The translations under genes and the position numbers were made by a program. Below are positions 19,363 to 29,444 of a stretch of DNA of 64,000 nt, piece after piece. The stretch is from NCBI GenBank assembly GCA_964442455.1, contig CAYTZB010000005.1:5152-69151 (forward strand), in the 5' to 3' direction. The stretch's first letter is position 1. Each line of letters starts with the position of its first letter. The notes beneath the pieces are model-generated. The model saw nothing but the letters and a program-made list of their open reading frames with translations, made no database searches and had not been told where the DNA came from. The stretch is from an uncultured Gammaproteobacteria bacterium. GTDB lineage: Bacteria > Patescibacteriota > Microgenomatia > UBA8517 > JACQJR01.

Positions 19363-20127
19363 TTAATACTTGCCCTTTAAATCATTCCACCTAATCCTTA
19401 GCATATCGCGAGTTGCATCAAGGGAATCTTTGACTAATTGTACTCGCTCTGTTCCTACATGATGCCATTCAACTGGAACTGAGGCAATTTTAAATCCCTT
19501 CTTACGAGCTATGAAAAGTGTCTCAACATCAAATCCTGCATGAACTGCTGCTCCTACCGTCTTCATTCTCTCCCACCTCTCTTTCATCTTGGGGAAGAGT
19601 GTCTCTCGTGACCGTCGATTAAAAGCTTTAAAACCACATTGCGTGTCTTTAAACGGTAATCCTAAAATAATGTTTCGTAGAATAGCAAATCCCAGTGCTA
19701 CAAGTTTTCTTATTAATGGAGCCCCCGCTCTTCCATGCCGCGAACCAATAACAATGTCATATCCCCGCCGGTCGGCGGGCAGGCCTCCTTCAAAATATGG
19801 GAAAAACTTTTCAACTTCAGAAAGTGGCGTTGCTTGATCCATATCGGTAAAAAGCGCTATCTCACCTTTAGCAGCCAATAAACCTGTCATTACCGCTAAT
19901 GCTTTCCCGCCGTGCTTATTTTCAATAAGCCCCCAATTCTTTTTTCCGTGAATCCACATTTTTACTAATTCCCTTGTATTGTCTGTTGATCCGTCATCAA
20001 CAACCAAAACTTCATACGAATAATCTACATTCTTTAAGTAATTTACAACCTCACTCAAAACCTCGTTTTTAAGATTTTGCTCCTCGTTATATGCCGGAAT
20101 AATAATTGATAAATATATTTTGGCCAT
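19363..20127 (-). CDS. Polyprenyl-phosphate glycosyltransferase (GT2, ALG5/DPM-like)
   Basis: IPAYNEE, VDDGSTD, FTDMDQATP, DTQCGFK, FDVE. Confidence 0.88.
   Translation of the reverse strand: MAKIYLSIIIPAYNEEQNLKNEVLSEVVNYLKNVDYSYEVLVVDDGSTDNTRELVKMWIHGKKNWGLIENKHGGKALAVMTGLLAAKGEIALFTDMDQATPLSEVEKFFPYFEGGLPADRRGYDIVIGSRHGRAGAPLIRKLVALGFAILRNIILGLPFKDTQCGFKAFNRRSRETLFPKMKERWERMKTVGAAVHAGFDVETLFIARKKGFKIASVPVEWHHVGTERVQLVKDSLDATRDMLRIRWNDLKGKY
19763..19785. repeat. Short palindromic element in frame
   Basis: CCCCGCCGGTCGGCGGGCAGGCC encodes GLPADRRG, between FEG and YDIVIGSR. Confidence 0.65.
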
Positions 20128-20129
20128 TT

Positions 20130-20168
20130 GGTTACTGGGTTACTGGGTTACTGGGTTACTGGGTAACC
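20130..20168. repeat. Octamer tandem repeat (GGTTACTG)4 across a gene junction
   Basis: Read directly; supplies the C-terminus PSNPVTQ and the stop codon. Confidence 0.9.
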
Positions 20169-21744
20169 TATGTCTCCTCTCTACCGTTATTCCTCCGAAC
20201 TTCACCTCTTTTTCAACTTTACCAATATTTTCCTGCCTCGCCAACCATGCGTCTAGCCTCTCGGGATGAGGTGGATCAACCTCATAGAGGGTATAGAGAA
20301 GTGGCACGTGCTCCTCTTTCGGCACTATCCCATATATTGTTGTTCCCCGCCACAAAAACAAATAATCGTAGGCATATGGGATTACCGGCGGGACATAAGA
20401 GTCAACATTAAAAGGAGTATTACCAGTATCTTCGTAAACCCAGTTAACTGCTTGTTTTTGGTTACCAAAAGCAATAGTATTTTGGCCGTCTACCCCTGAA
20501 GTTATATAACTTTGGATAACTGGAACATTAGTCTGCAAAAAAAGGTATAAAAAAATACCTAAAATAATTTTGCCAAACAAGGTATTGACAATAGTCGTTA
20601 ACAGAACAGAAAACAACAAAATAAAAATTAAATAGTATCCTGTAAAGTAATAGTCATAAATATTACCGTAATTACCCTGGAAGAAAAGCATTCCGGCAAG
20701 TGGGGAGAGGAAAATAATAAGTAATGTAACAAATTTCTGATTTGCAAAAAAAATCTTTCTGTTTATAATCAAAACTCCAAGTGAAATAATTCCAAATATA
20801 AATCCGTAATTTTTATAACTCATAAAAAGCTTTGAATTAAAAACATCAAAGTAAAAAAACAACCTTTGTCTGGCTACTTCCCAAAATGAACCCTTAAAAT
20901 TACCATCTCCAATTAAAAATTTAGCAATTCCAGATCTTAATATTCCATCATGGCGCAGGTCAAAAATTATTTGCGGTAAGAATGGAATAACCAAAGCAAT
21001 AACAAATAAAATCCAAATTTTCAAATCTGGCAAATTTTTCTTTTGCCCGCTTCGCGAGGCGAGCCAGATTGCAAAAACTAAAACAGCAGGAAAATAAAAA
21101 ACTTCAGCTGCTGAACCAAATTGCATTGCAAATCCTAGCATAAGTCCAGTAATAACCCATCCCCACCGTTTGCCTTTTATAATTAAAAATAAAGAAAGTA
21201 CAAGCAACATGCTAATAAGAAGCATTGGTGTTGGATTTGATAGCCAACGTGAGGCATAAACCAACTGAAAAGAAAATGTAGAAATTATAGCAGCAACAAG
21301 CCCTGTTAATCTTCCCGATACCATTACTCCGAGGATATAAATAAGTAAACTTGCAACAACGGTGGTAAAAGACAAGAATACTGATGGCCAAACTGGATTT
21401 CCGTTCCCTAATAAATAAAAAGGGGCAATCAACCAATAGTACCAAGGGCCGCGAAAAATTCCTTCTATTCCAGTTGTCGGCCCGATAAGGAAAAATTTAC
21501 CCTTATGCCACAAATCCCAAATGACAAGCGCATCTCTTCCTTGGTCATAATAAAACCCAAGGAGATTATCAATTCTCCAAACTCTCACCAAAAAAGCACC
21601 TAGAAGAATTATTGACAAAATTAGATATATTCTCGAGTGAGTCAATATCTCAGCTCTCAAACCGCTCAGCCATCGTCTCGTTCTTGTTACACTGTTATCC
21701 TGAAAGGACAAGCTCTGCTTACGTAGGGGTATAAGATTAGCCAT
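20140..21744 (-). CDS. ArnT/PMT-like GT-C glycosyltransferase
   Basis: YYDQGRDAL, LIGPTTG, GPWYYWL, SRWLSNP. Confidence 0.8.
   Translation of the reverse strand: MANLIPLRKQSLSFQDNSVTRTRRWLSGLRAEILTHSRIYLILSIILLGAFLVRVWRIDNLLGFYYDQGRDALVIWDLWHKGKFFLIGPTTGIEGIFRGPWYYWLIAPFYLLGNGNPVWPSVFLSFTTVVASLLIYILGVMVSGRLTGLVAAIISTFSFQLVYASRWLSNPTPMLLISMLLVLSLFLIIKGKRWGWVITGLMLGFAMQFGSAAEVFYFPAVLVFAIWLASRSGQKKNLPDLKIWILFVIALVIPFLPQIIFDLRHDGILRSGIAKFLIGDGNFKGSFWEVARQRLFFYFDVFNSKLFMSYKNYGFIFGIISLGVLIINRKIFFANQKFVTLLIIFLSPLAGMLFFQGNYGNIYDYYFTGYYLIFILLFSVLLTTIVNTLFGKIILGIFLYLFLQTNVPVIQSYITSGVDGQNTIAFGNQKQAVNWVYEDTGNTPFNVDSYVPPVIPYAYDYLFLWRGTTIYGIVPKEEHVPLLYTLYEVDPPHPERLDAWLARQENIGKVEKEVKFGGITVERRHRLPSNPVTQ
21045..21064. 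repeat. 20-bp imperfect palindrome in frame
   Basis: GCCCGCTTCGCGAGGCGAGC (LASRSG) in AT-rich surroundings. Confidence 0.55.
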
Positions 21745-23942
21745 TATGGTTTCCCGCTTGGATTATGTACAAGTCTGTATAATTTTACCCCTGCCACGTC
21801 CCACTCTTTGTCAATCTTAGACCAACCAAAAACCGTAATTTCTGCCTTGGGATTATGTGTCGGGTCACACTTTTCTTGAGGTAACTCACATACAACAAAT
21901 AATTGCTCAGCAACTGTTTCCTCATATTTTAGAGGGTCTATATCTCTTACTGGTTCTTTCCACCACTCAAGGAAATACTGATAAGCATCTTCATAATTTC
22001 GCTCGGCCAAGACAGCCAAATTAAATGTTTGGCCTTTTGCTTCCTGCACAATCTTTGCTGCCACCTCTCCCGTCCTCTGAAGTTGCCTTTGGGGAGGATT
22101 CTTGATTGGTGTCATGGAAAGGTTAAGTAGTATCAAAAACACTAAAGCAGCGAACAGTAAAAAGTTTGTAATTTGTAATTTGTAATTTGTAATTTCTTGG
22201 GCTAACATGCCCAACAAAAAAAATGGTATCACAAACATAAATCCAAAATAGTGGTCGTAGATATTTTGTTTTAAAAGTGCCATACCGCTTAAACCGAACC
22301 CCACCCAAACAAGGAGGAGGAAAGAGGGTGACTGGAAGAATGTTTGGCGCTGTTTGGCTACAATCCAAAATGTACCTATAAGGGTAACCACGGCAATGAA
22401 TCTTCCCCACAATTCGTTCATTGCACCAACCAAACGTGTCATCTCTTGCTGGAACAATGGCCACAGTTCTGGAATTGCATTCCAAGGACGAGCAGAAACA
22501 GTGGCTTGCCGCTCGGTAAAGAAAATACGCATTGCCTCAAAATTGCGCCAACCATGGCGGGCATCGAAGATAACGAGAGGAGACATGAGTAGCGCAAAAA
22601 GCGCTGAGGCGATGAGAGTATAGAGGATGAATTTTCCATTTATTTTCGAATTTCTAATTTTTTGAAATGTCAGAAGCCAGAATAGTCCAATCGTTGGAGC
22701 AAGAAGTAGACCAAGATAATGAGACTGTAACACAAACGCATACGACACACCTAAAACTAAAAGCCACTTCCACTCGTGGTGTTTCCATACACGCCACACT
22801 GAATAAATAGACAAAAGAGCAAAAAAGGGCATGATATTAGGATTCCAAGAGGAGCGAGAATAGGTAATCACAACTGGTGAAACTGCATACAAACTTGCGG
22901 CAACAACCGCCGCTACTTTTCCAAACCACTCCCTGCTAACCCACCAAACAAATCCGGTAGTAGCGACTCCGAGAGCAGCAACTTGCGCTACGGGGCCAAC
23001 TGGGGAAAGACGAAAAAGAAAAAGTGCCGGTGCAATCAGGTAATAATAAAGGGGTCCCAGATACATATTGCCAATAGAGGTACCCGGGCCGACTAAAATA
23101 GGGTCGAAGTCAACGAGGAGACGCCGCACCACAATCGCATCCCTTCCTTCGTCTCCCAGAAAAGTCATATACTCTGATAATCGATAAAATCGAAGAAACG
23201 CACCAACGATTAAAATTGTGAGTAAGGCAAAAAATTCAAGTTTCGGCAAGAATTTCCACCAAATTTTAAAAAGATCGATGTAAGACTGTATTATTACTTT
23301 TATATTAGCTCCCGTAGGTCTGCCAGCAAGACGTGGATAATGGTTAACTCCCACCTCAACAACGTTAAACCCAAATTTTTTAGCCTTTACTGCAAGTTCT
23401 GCATTAATCATTCCTCCCCGTTTCGACTCAAGATGTGGAATCTGCTCGAGCACTCTTTTTTTAACCATCTTAAAGCCGCAATCAACATCCCGAAGTTTCA
23501 GTCCAAAAAGGGTAAATAAGGATAAAGCCCACCCTTTTGCAAAAAGAAGTCTAAAAAATGGGTCTTGCCTTTTAATCCTGTATCCAATAATCAAATCGGC
23601 GGTATCTAATTTTTCTATAAATTTTGAACTTTCTGAAAAATCAAATTGCCCATCAGAATCGGTATACGCAATTACATCGTAGCGGGCGTTATAAAATCCT
23701 GACTTTAAAGCCTCACCATAACCTAAGTTTTCCTTATGATTAATAACTCTAATCCTATCATCCTGTTTACTTAGTTCTCGTGCTATCTCACCTGTTTTAT
23801 CGGTTGAGCCATCATTAATAATAATGACTTCCCACTGTGCCGCAACTTTTTTAAGGACACCGATTGAGCTTTTTACTGTACGTTCTAAATTTGCTTCTTC
23901 GTTATAAGCAGGGAAGAAGACAGAGAGCGCGCTGATTTTCAT
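21744..23942 (-). CDS. GT2 (DPM-synthase-like) fused to ArnT-like GT-C
   Basis: N-terminal PAYNEE/DGSTD/DSDGQ/DVDCGFK; C-terminal FLGDEGRDA/YSRSSWNPN with many TMs. Confidence 0.85.
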   Translation of the reverse strand: MKISALSVFFPAYNEEANLERTVKSSIGVLKKVAAQWEVIIINDGSTDKTGEIARELSKQDDRIRVINHKENLGYGEALKSGFYNARYDVIAYTDSDGQFDFSESSKFIEKLDTADLIIGYRIKRQDPFFRLLFAKGWALSLFTLFGLKLRDVDCGFKMVKKRVLEQIPHLESKRGGMINAELAVKAKKFGFNVVEVGVNHYPRLAGRPTGANIKVIIQSYIDLFKIWWKFLPKLEFFALLTILIVGAFLRFYRLSEYMTFLGDEGRDAIVVRRLLVDFDPILVGPGTSIGNMYLGPLYYYLIAPALFLFRLSPVGPVAQVAALGVATTGFVWWVSREWFGKVAAVVAASLYAVSPVVITYSRSSWNPNIMPFFALLSIYSVWRVWKHHEWKWLLVLGVSYAFVLQSHYLGLLLAPTIGLFWLLTFQKIRNSKINGKFILYTLIASALFALLMSPLVIFDARHGWRNFEAMRIFFTERQATVSARPWNAIPELWPLFQQEMTRLVGAMNELWGRFIAVVTLIGTFWIVAKQRQTFFQSPSFLLLVWVGFGLSGMALLKQNIYDHYFGFMFVIPFFLLGMLAQEITNYKLQITNFLLFAALVFLILLNLSMTPIKNPPQRQLQRTGEVAAKIVQEAKGQTFNLAVLAERNYEDAYQYFLEWWKEPVRDIDPLKYEETVAEQLFVVCELPQEKCDPTHNPKAEITVFGWSKIDKEWDVAGVKLYRLVHNPSGKP
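22165..22195. repeat. Heptamer tandem repeat (TTTGTAA)4 inside a CDS
   Basis: Encodes ITNYKLQ-like stretch. Confidence 0.85.
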
Positions 23943-23969
23943 ATCAGTTTATGATACTATGAAAAAGGT

Positions 23970-25127
23970 ATGCGACTCAACGAAAGAGTACTCCATATTC
24001 TTATTATCGCAGCTGCCACCCTCATCCCTCCCATCCTTGTGTGGGCACCCTTTTTCATACGAATGCCTTCCTTTTGGGGAATAAAGCTACCTCAAGAGGG
24101 AATGGCAACGGTAATCGCTAACTTTGACGGCCCTTATTATATTGTGGTGGCAAAAACCCTCTATAACACTAATGCTTTAGGACAATTTGAATTTCCTCTT
24201 CCCAAAGAATATTATGCTGCTCATTTTCCGGCCTTTCCACTCCTCATTCGTGCATTCTCTCCTCTTTTTGGATATCCATGGGCAATGATGGTTGTAACAC
24301 TCCTCTCTTCTTTAGTGGCGCTCGTGCTGTTTTATCTACTCCTCCGACAGGTAGGACCCAAAACTCACGCACTATGGCTAACATTGGTATTTGCAATTTT
24401 CCCTGCTCGGTGGTTAATTGTCCGTTCAATCGGTTCTCCCGAACCCCTTTTCATAGCAGCAGTTCTGGCGACTTTTTATTTCCTCTTACGAGGAAATTAT
24501 TGGGCAACGGGTATCGCGGGTGCTATCGCAATGTTTACTAAATCTCCAGGGATTTTACTCTTTGCCGCACTCGCCGCCGCACTCGCCGCACCACACATTC
24601 ATAATCTTTTTATTCATCCAATGAGTACTTTTAGAAAGCTTTTACCCAAGGGTTTACCGCTTCTCTTTATTCCTGCCGCAGTTTTGCTGGTGTTTGCCTG
24701 GTATGCACGCGCGTATGGCGACTTTTTCGCATATTTTCATTCCGGGGACAATATCCATCTTCTCTTTCCCCCTTTCCAAGTATTCAATACTGCACAAGCC
24801 TGGGTTGGAACATTTTGGCTTGATGAAATAATCTGGATTTACCTTTTCGGATTTTTGGGAGTATTTCAATTAATTAAAAATAAGCTGTATCCATTTGCAT
24901 GGTTTGTGGGAATATTTTTCGCCTCAACCCTATTTGTCTCTCATAGAGATATCGCTCGTTATATCCTCCCAATTGTTCCATTTTTATTTATCGCTTTTTC
25001 TGACGTTCTCACCAGTCGCCCTTTCAGATGGGCACTTGCACTCCTTTTACTCCCCATTTATCTGTCCGCGCTCAATTTTATTATCGGAAATGTCACTCCA
25101 ATTGCCGACTGGAGACCACTGTTGTAA
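23970..25127 (+). CDS. PIG-V/mannosyltransferase-like GT-C membrane protein
   Basis: ANFDGPYYIVVA, AHFPAFPLL, GSPEPLF, DIARY. Confidence 0.7.
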   Translation: MRLNERVLHILIIAAATLIPPILVWAPFFIRMPSFWGIKLPQEGMATVIANFDGPYYIVVAKTLYNTNALGQFEFPLPKEYYAAHFPAFPLLIRAFSPLFGYPWAMMVVTLLSSLVALVLFYLLLRQVGPKTHALWLTLVFAIFPARWLIVRSIGSPEPLFIAAVLATFYFLLRGNYWATGIAGAIAMFTKSPGILLFAALAAALAAPHIHNLFIHPMSTFRKLLPKGLPLLFIPAAVLLVFAWYARAYGDFFAYFHSGDNIHLLFPPFQVFNTAQAWVGTFWLDEIIWIYLFGFLGVFQLIKNKLYPFAWFVGIFFASTLFVSHRDIARYILPIVPFLFIAFSDVLTSRPFRWALALLLLPIYLSALNFIIGNVTPIADWRPLL

Positions 25128-25135
25128 AAACTCTA

Positions 25136-25732
25136 TTACACTTTCCTTGCGAGGAAATTAAGGTACGTATGTGTTCGTGGTTTGAATTGTTCAAAGTGAA
25201 TAATTTGAAAACTATACATGTTTAAGCGCCTTCTTAAATCTTCTCTATCGTATAAAACAAAGAGGCGTGGTTCCCCTCCTAAGGTATAACGAATTTCCTC
25301 TCCTTCCCCTTCAATCATCCCCAAACCCAACACTCCATTAGGAACAAGCACTCTCCATATTTCTCGCAACGCCTTATTCATATAAGACCTCTCAATATGA
25401 AGAAGAGACGTATAGGCCCATACTCCGTTAAAGGATTCGCTTGCAAATGGAAGATCCAGTAAGTCAGCTTGGACCGAAGGCAGTCCTTTTTCTGTAGTCC
25501 TTTGTACCATTCCTCTAGCTGCATCAAGACACACAATATCCAACCCCGTATTTCTCAAAATTAACCCATCCCTTCCCGAACCACTTCCAACATCCAATAT
25601 TCTTCCTCTTCCTCGTACACTTTCTCTGAATTTTCTAAATATGGTGTCGGGGAATTCATCCCAGAAACCTTCTGTCTCTTGCTCATATACTCTCGGGAAA
25701 TGATTGTATGTCTCGATAGTTTCTACGTGCAT
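25136..25732 (-). CDS. Class I SAM-dependent methyltransferase
   Basis: ILDVGSGSGRD, FNGVWAYTSLLH, RVLVPNG. Confidence 0.88.
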   Translation of the reverse strand: MHVETIETYNHFPRVYEQETEGFWDEFPDTIFRKFRESVRGRGRILDVGSGSGRDGLILRNTGLDIVCLDAARGMVQRTTEKGLPSVQADLLDLPFASESFNGVWAYTSLLHIERSYMNKALREIWRVLVPNGVLGLGMIEGEGEEIRYTLGGEPRLFVLYDREDLRRRLNMYSFQIIHFEQFKPRTHTYLNFLARKV

Positions 25733-25769
25733 TCAAGTAGGATTATACCACTTTCCCAAGTACGAGGAA

Positions 25770-26978
25770 TTAGAATACATTTCGAAGCTTTGCATATACT
25801 TTTGCAAAACTCCATCGCTTCCAGATAAAGAGGTTATACATCGTGTAATTGTAGGGAATAATTAAGAATGCAACAGCAATAACAAGAAAAATTTGACGAA
25901 CAAATCGGGTATCCCCAAAGAAAATAACGCCTGTACCAATAACCAGAGATTGAATGACAATTGCCCCAAAGGAAGTGAGATTAAATTGAACAAACTTTTT
26001 TATATACCGAATAGGGCCTGATATCTGTACATCCTCGAAGGTCCAAAAATTATCAAGGTTGAAGTTTGAGAAAATAGCCAATTCTGCAGCTGCTGCAGCT
26101 GCCCAAAAAGAAGGTTCGGCAATTACGGCAAAAGAGGTTTCACGAGCTTGGACAAAAAATCCCGCTAACCCTTGAGTCCAGGGGAGCATACGGAAAACCT
26201 CAAGACCCACAGCGTTAATGACAAATCCTATTCCTCCAACAATTGCAAACTTGAGAAATCGAGTCCTCAGCCGCAACACAATAATAAACGTATCCAATGT
26301 TTCTTTTAATTTGAATTTTGATTGTTCTGCCCTCCTTGGCAAAAAGGCAATAGGAACTTCCTTAACTTTTGCACCCAATTTTAAAAGCTCGGAAAGAAGA
26401 TGAATTTTGTACGCATAACTTGCTTTTCCGAATAAACTATCAAGCGCGACCTTTGATAATACCGTTGTTTTCGTTAAACGAAATCCGGTAGTCAAATCGT
26501 GAACTTGGGGTAAGAAAAGAACTGTTCTGGCAAAAAGATTACCGCCAAACGAGAGGAATTTCCTGTAAAATGCCCACTCTTTCGGAACGGACCCGCCTTT
26601 TATATAGCGTGACCCAATGACCACATCAGCTTGCGGGGAAGCAGCGACTAAGCGCGGAACATCCGCAGGATTGTGTTGGAAATCTGCGTCCATTTCAATC
26701 ACTGCATCTGCCTTCATCTCGGCAATTGCGTATTTCATGCCGCGGATATAGGCAAAACCAAGACCTTGTTTTTCTCCAGTCATTAAGTGAAGATTTTTAT
26801 ATTTCTTCGTCGCTTCCTTCACCACTTCTCCTGTGCCGTCAGGAGAGTTATCATCAACTACAAGTAAATGCATTTCGTGGTCGGCAATCTTTGGAAACTC
26901 TTCCTCAAAAAGCACGTCAATCATCCGAGCAATATTCCCCCGTTCATTGTACGTTGGCATGATAATGACAATACGCAT
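25770..26978 (-). CDS. Polyprenol-phosphate mannosyltransferase (Ppm1/DPM1-like) fused to a GtrA domain
   Basis: [23 protein letters not shown]; C-terminal [11 protein letters not shown]...NFWTF. Confidence 0.88.
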   Translation of the reverse strand: MRIVIIMPTYNERGNIARMIDVLFEEEFPKIADHEMHLLVVDDNSPDGTGEVVKEATKKYKNLHLMTGEKQGLGFAYIRGMKYAIAEMKADAVIEMDADFQHNPADVPRLVAASPQADVVIGSRYIKGGSVPKEWAFYRKFLSFGGNLFARTVLFLPQVHDLTTGFRLTKTTVLSKVALDSLFGKASYAYKIHLLSELLKLGAKVKEVPIAFLPRRAEQSKFKLKETLDTFIIVLRLRTRFLKFAIVGGIGFVINAVGLEVFRMLPWTQGLAGFFVQARETSFAVIAEPSFWAAAAAAELAIFSNFNLDNFWTFEDVQISGPIRYIKKFVQFNLTSFGAIVIQSLVIGTGVIFFGDTRFVRQIFLVIAVAFLIIPYNYTMYNLFIWKRWSFAKVYAKLRNVF

Positions 26979-27131
26979 AATTTCACTTTATCAGACAGTA
27001 CTGATAAAATACAAGGGATGTACAATTTGCAAACAAATTTACATCCCGCAGGCCATCTAAAATCGCAGCACGAGGCGTGTATGAATAATACTGAAAAGCC
27101 TAGTGCTAAGATTGGGAGGCCAAGAGGTAGT

Positions 27132-27866
27132 ATGAAAATAGACATTATTACTTTGTTTCCAGATATGTTTCTGGGACCCTTTAATGAATCCATCCTTCGA
27201 CGGGCTCAGGATAAATCATTAGTGGAAATAAACATTCACAACCTTAGAAAGTGGGCAATTGACACACACCGGACTGTGGATGATAAACCATATGGCGGAG
27301 GAGTTGGAATGGTATTGATGGTAGAACCGATTCATCAAGCCCTACAGGCACTACGAACTACCAACTCCCAGCCACATACTATTTTACTTGATCCTGCTGG
27401 TATCCCTTTCAATCAAATAAAAGCACAAGAGTTGTCAAAATTAGACCATCTCATACTTATTGCCGGCCATTATGAAGGGGTGGACGAACGCGTCAAAGAA
27501 CATCTTGTGGATGAAGAATTATCAATTGGTGATTATGTTTTAACCGGTGGAGAGCTGCCTGCAATGGTAGTAGTTGATGCGGTAGTCAGACTCATACCCG
27601 GAGTTCTCGAAAAACCCGAAGCCACCCAATTTGAATCCTTCTCCCCAATCACTAATCACCCCGCCGAAGGCGAGGCTCGCCAAGGGCGGCAATCACTCAT
27701 CACTACCCTTGAATATCCCCAATATACTCGTCCTGAAAACTTTAAAGGATGGAAAGTTCCACAAATACTTTTATCGGGAAACCACAAGGAAATCGAAAAG
27801 TGGAGAAGTGAACACGCCCTTGAAAAAACAAAAAAAAGAAGACCAGATCTTTTAAAGAATTCTTAA
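27132..27866 (+). CDS. trmD: tRNA (guanine-N1)-methyltransferase
   Basis: [44 protein letters not shown]; start moved to 27132. Confidence 0.97.
   Translation: MKIDIITLFPDMFLGPFNESILRRAQDKSLVEINIHNLRKWAIDTHRTVDDKPYGGGVGMVLMVEPIHQALQALRTTNSQPHTILLDPAGIPFNQIKAQELSKLDHLILIAGHYEGVDERVKEHLVDEELSIGDYVLTGGELPAMVVVDAVVRLIPGVLEKPEATQFESFSPITNHPAEGEARQGRQSLITTLEYPQYTRPENFKGWKVPQILLSGNHKEIEKWRSEHALEKTKKRRPDLLKNS
27647..27704. repeat. Palindromic element within AATCACT heptamers, in frame in trmD
   Basis: AATCACT AATCACC [CCGCC GAA GGCGAG G CTCGCC AAG GGCGG] C AATCACT CATCACT. Confidence 0.75.
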
Positions 27867-27889
27867 CCTGAAAGGCCATAGTGGGTATT

Positions 27890-28414
27890 TCAGCCATGGC
27901 GCTCTTTTCCTTGTACACTATGGATTTCAAATTCAGGCGATAGGGGAAGCTGAAATTGGTTTACTTTTCCTCCTTCACTACCAGCTTTTAGCCACCTATC
28001 AATTACTCCCTCGGGGTTTTGCGAGTGATAGATTGCATAGCGAAATGGAGCAAGCCAATCTCTTCCTTCCAAGAGAGAAGTTACTGTGTCTACAATCACT
28101 GATACGGGTATTTCCCTCCTTCCCCCAGAAAGAAAATCTCCCTTCGCTCTTTCTATCACCTCATTCGTCTCCTCTGCCGCTAGTCGCCCCTCAGTTGCCT
28201 CACGAATTGACTGTCCAAGCTTTTCAGCGTCAAACTTTTCTCTTTTCCCACCCGGATGTACAACAACCCTGCCTTCAATATCTGTCGAGACAGTCTCAAC
28301 CGTATTAAAACGCCCAGAACAGCTCTCACACTTTCTTCTTCTTCGTACCTCCCCACCATTTGCTCTCGAGTCAGTTACCTCATTTTTCTCGCTACCACAA
28401 TAAGGACAATTCAT
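27890..28414 (-). CDS. nrdR: NrdR-like transcriptional repressor (divergent)
   Basis: CPYC...DSR...RRRRKCESC zinc ribbon and ATP-cone-like REKFDAEKL. Confidence 0.75.
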   Translation of the reverse strand: MNCPYCGSEKNEVTDSRANGGEVRRRRKCESCSGRFNTVETVSTDIEGRVVVHPGGKREKFDAEKLGQSIREATEGRLAAEETNEVIERAKGDFLSGGRREIPVSVIVDTVTSLLEGRDWLAPFRYAIYHSQNPEGVIDRWLKAGSEGGKVNQFQLPLSPEFEIHSVQGKERHG

Positions 28415-28465
28415 ACTACGTTATATACACCTTCACGGGGAAGAAAACAAGCCTGAAATTAGAAG

Positions 28466-28990
28466 TTATGTATGTCTATCTGCAACCACAAATGCGCCGT
28501 AGCTCTCGGGTTTCGTTTTTGCCGTATACCCGCTCCCACTTACCATTCCTACCACTTCCCTGATCATATCACGGGTTGGACCAATCGGCCCGACGTCAAT
28601 GTGAATTTCAAGATCGTATTTTGAAGGAGGAACAACCTTCCGAATAGCGGGGACGAACTTCTCTGCCAACTCGAGAGAGAGGAGCGTCTCTCGATAAATC
28701 TTATCCCGAAGAACAAGCTTACTCTTCAGTTTAGTTTTGCTCCAGAAATAGCGTCCTCCACGACCCGCCCTGTGTATGACAATTGCTGTCACGAAGTCAA
28801 TCTCGGCTTCGCCGTTTATTCTCTTAGTTTGAGAATCCGTGCCGATAACTAGCCTATAGAAGCTTGTGGGATCCTCGTTAACGAAGTTAGCAATCTCAGA
28901 AATTACTTTCTCTAAGTTTAATTGTCCTAATGTCGGGTTATAAAACAGGCCGCTGTGCTGTCCTCCCGAGCCATTACTGCCATTTTCCAT
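28466..28990 (-). CDS. RNase H-like YkuK (DUF458) protein
   Basis: VIGTDSQ, GRGGRYFW, EIHIDVG, KPESYGAFVVADRHT. Confidence 0.85.
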   Translation of the reverse strand: MENGSNGSGGQHSGLFYNPTLGQLNLEKVISEIANFVNEDPTSFYRLVIGTDSQTKRINGEAEIDFVTAIVIHRAGRGGRYFWSKTKLKSKLVLRDKIYRETLLSLELAEKFVPAIRKVVPPSKYDLEIHIDVGPIGPTRDMIREVVGMVSGSGYTAKTKPESYGAFVVADRHT

Positions 28991-29009
28991 ACCTCACTAT
29001 TATACCACT

Positions 29010-29444
29010 TTATATATCCAAAATCACTTGGGCGCGAAGCATACCTGTTTTTGTTTTCCCGACCTCGTATAAACGTTTGGTTGGGGCTTTGACATCGACT
29101 TTGAGTTTGTGTTTTTTAGGGTCTATTCGCTCCCCATACGCAAAGCCCTGTATAACCCAACTTTTCCCTTCCCGTGTCACACCAAGTTTTATGTCTTTAA
29201 ACAATAGTTGTTTTGCATTTTTCAAAAACACTAAATGTTCAAGTAGGCTAAAAAGGAGCTCCGACAAACTTCCCTCGCGCAAATTAAGTACCTCTTTCTC
29301 GCGGTTTCTCAAGGTTTTTGTATCAACCATAGCCTCCTCTAAAGCCCGAGCCGCATTCTCTAAAAGTTGTCTCTGTGTTCTCCCAAATGCCTCAAAGGCA
29401 ATATCGGCAGTTGCAATTTCTGGTAAGAATCTAAAATTTGGCAT
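29010..29444 (-). CDS. Archease
   Basis: TADIAFEAFG, LENAARAL, DVKAPT, C-terminal LDI; start moved to MPNF. Confidence 0.8.
   Translation of the reverse strand: MPNFRFLPEIATADIAFEAFGRTQRQLLENAARALEEAMVDTKTLRNREKEVLNLREGSLSELLFSLLEHLVFLKNAKQLLFKDIKLGVTREGKSWVIQGFAYGERIDPKKHKLKVDVKAPTKRLYEVGKTKTGMLRAQVILDI

Noticed and set aside
24563-24592. GCCGCACTCGCC duplication
   Set aside because: Simple in-frame Ala-rich duplication with no hairpin
26868-27131. N-terminal extension of TrmD
   Set aside because: Overlaps the divergent gene; the conserved start is MKIDIIT at 27132
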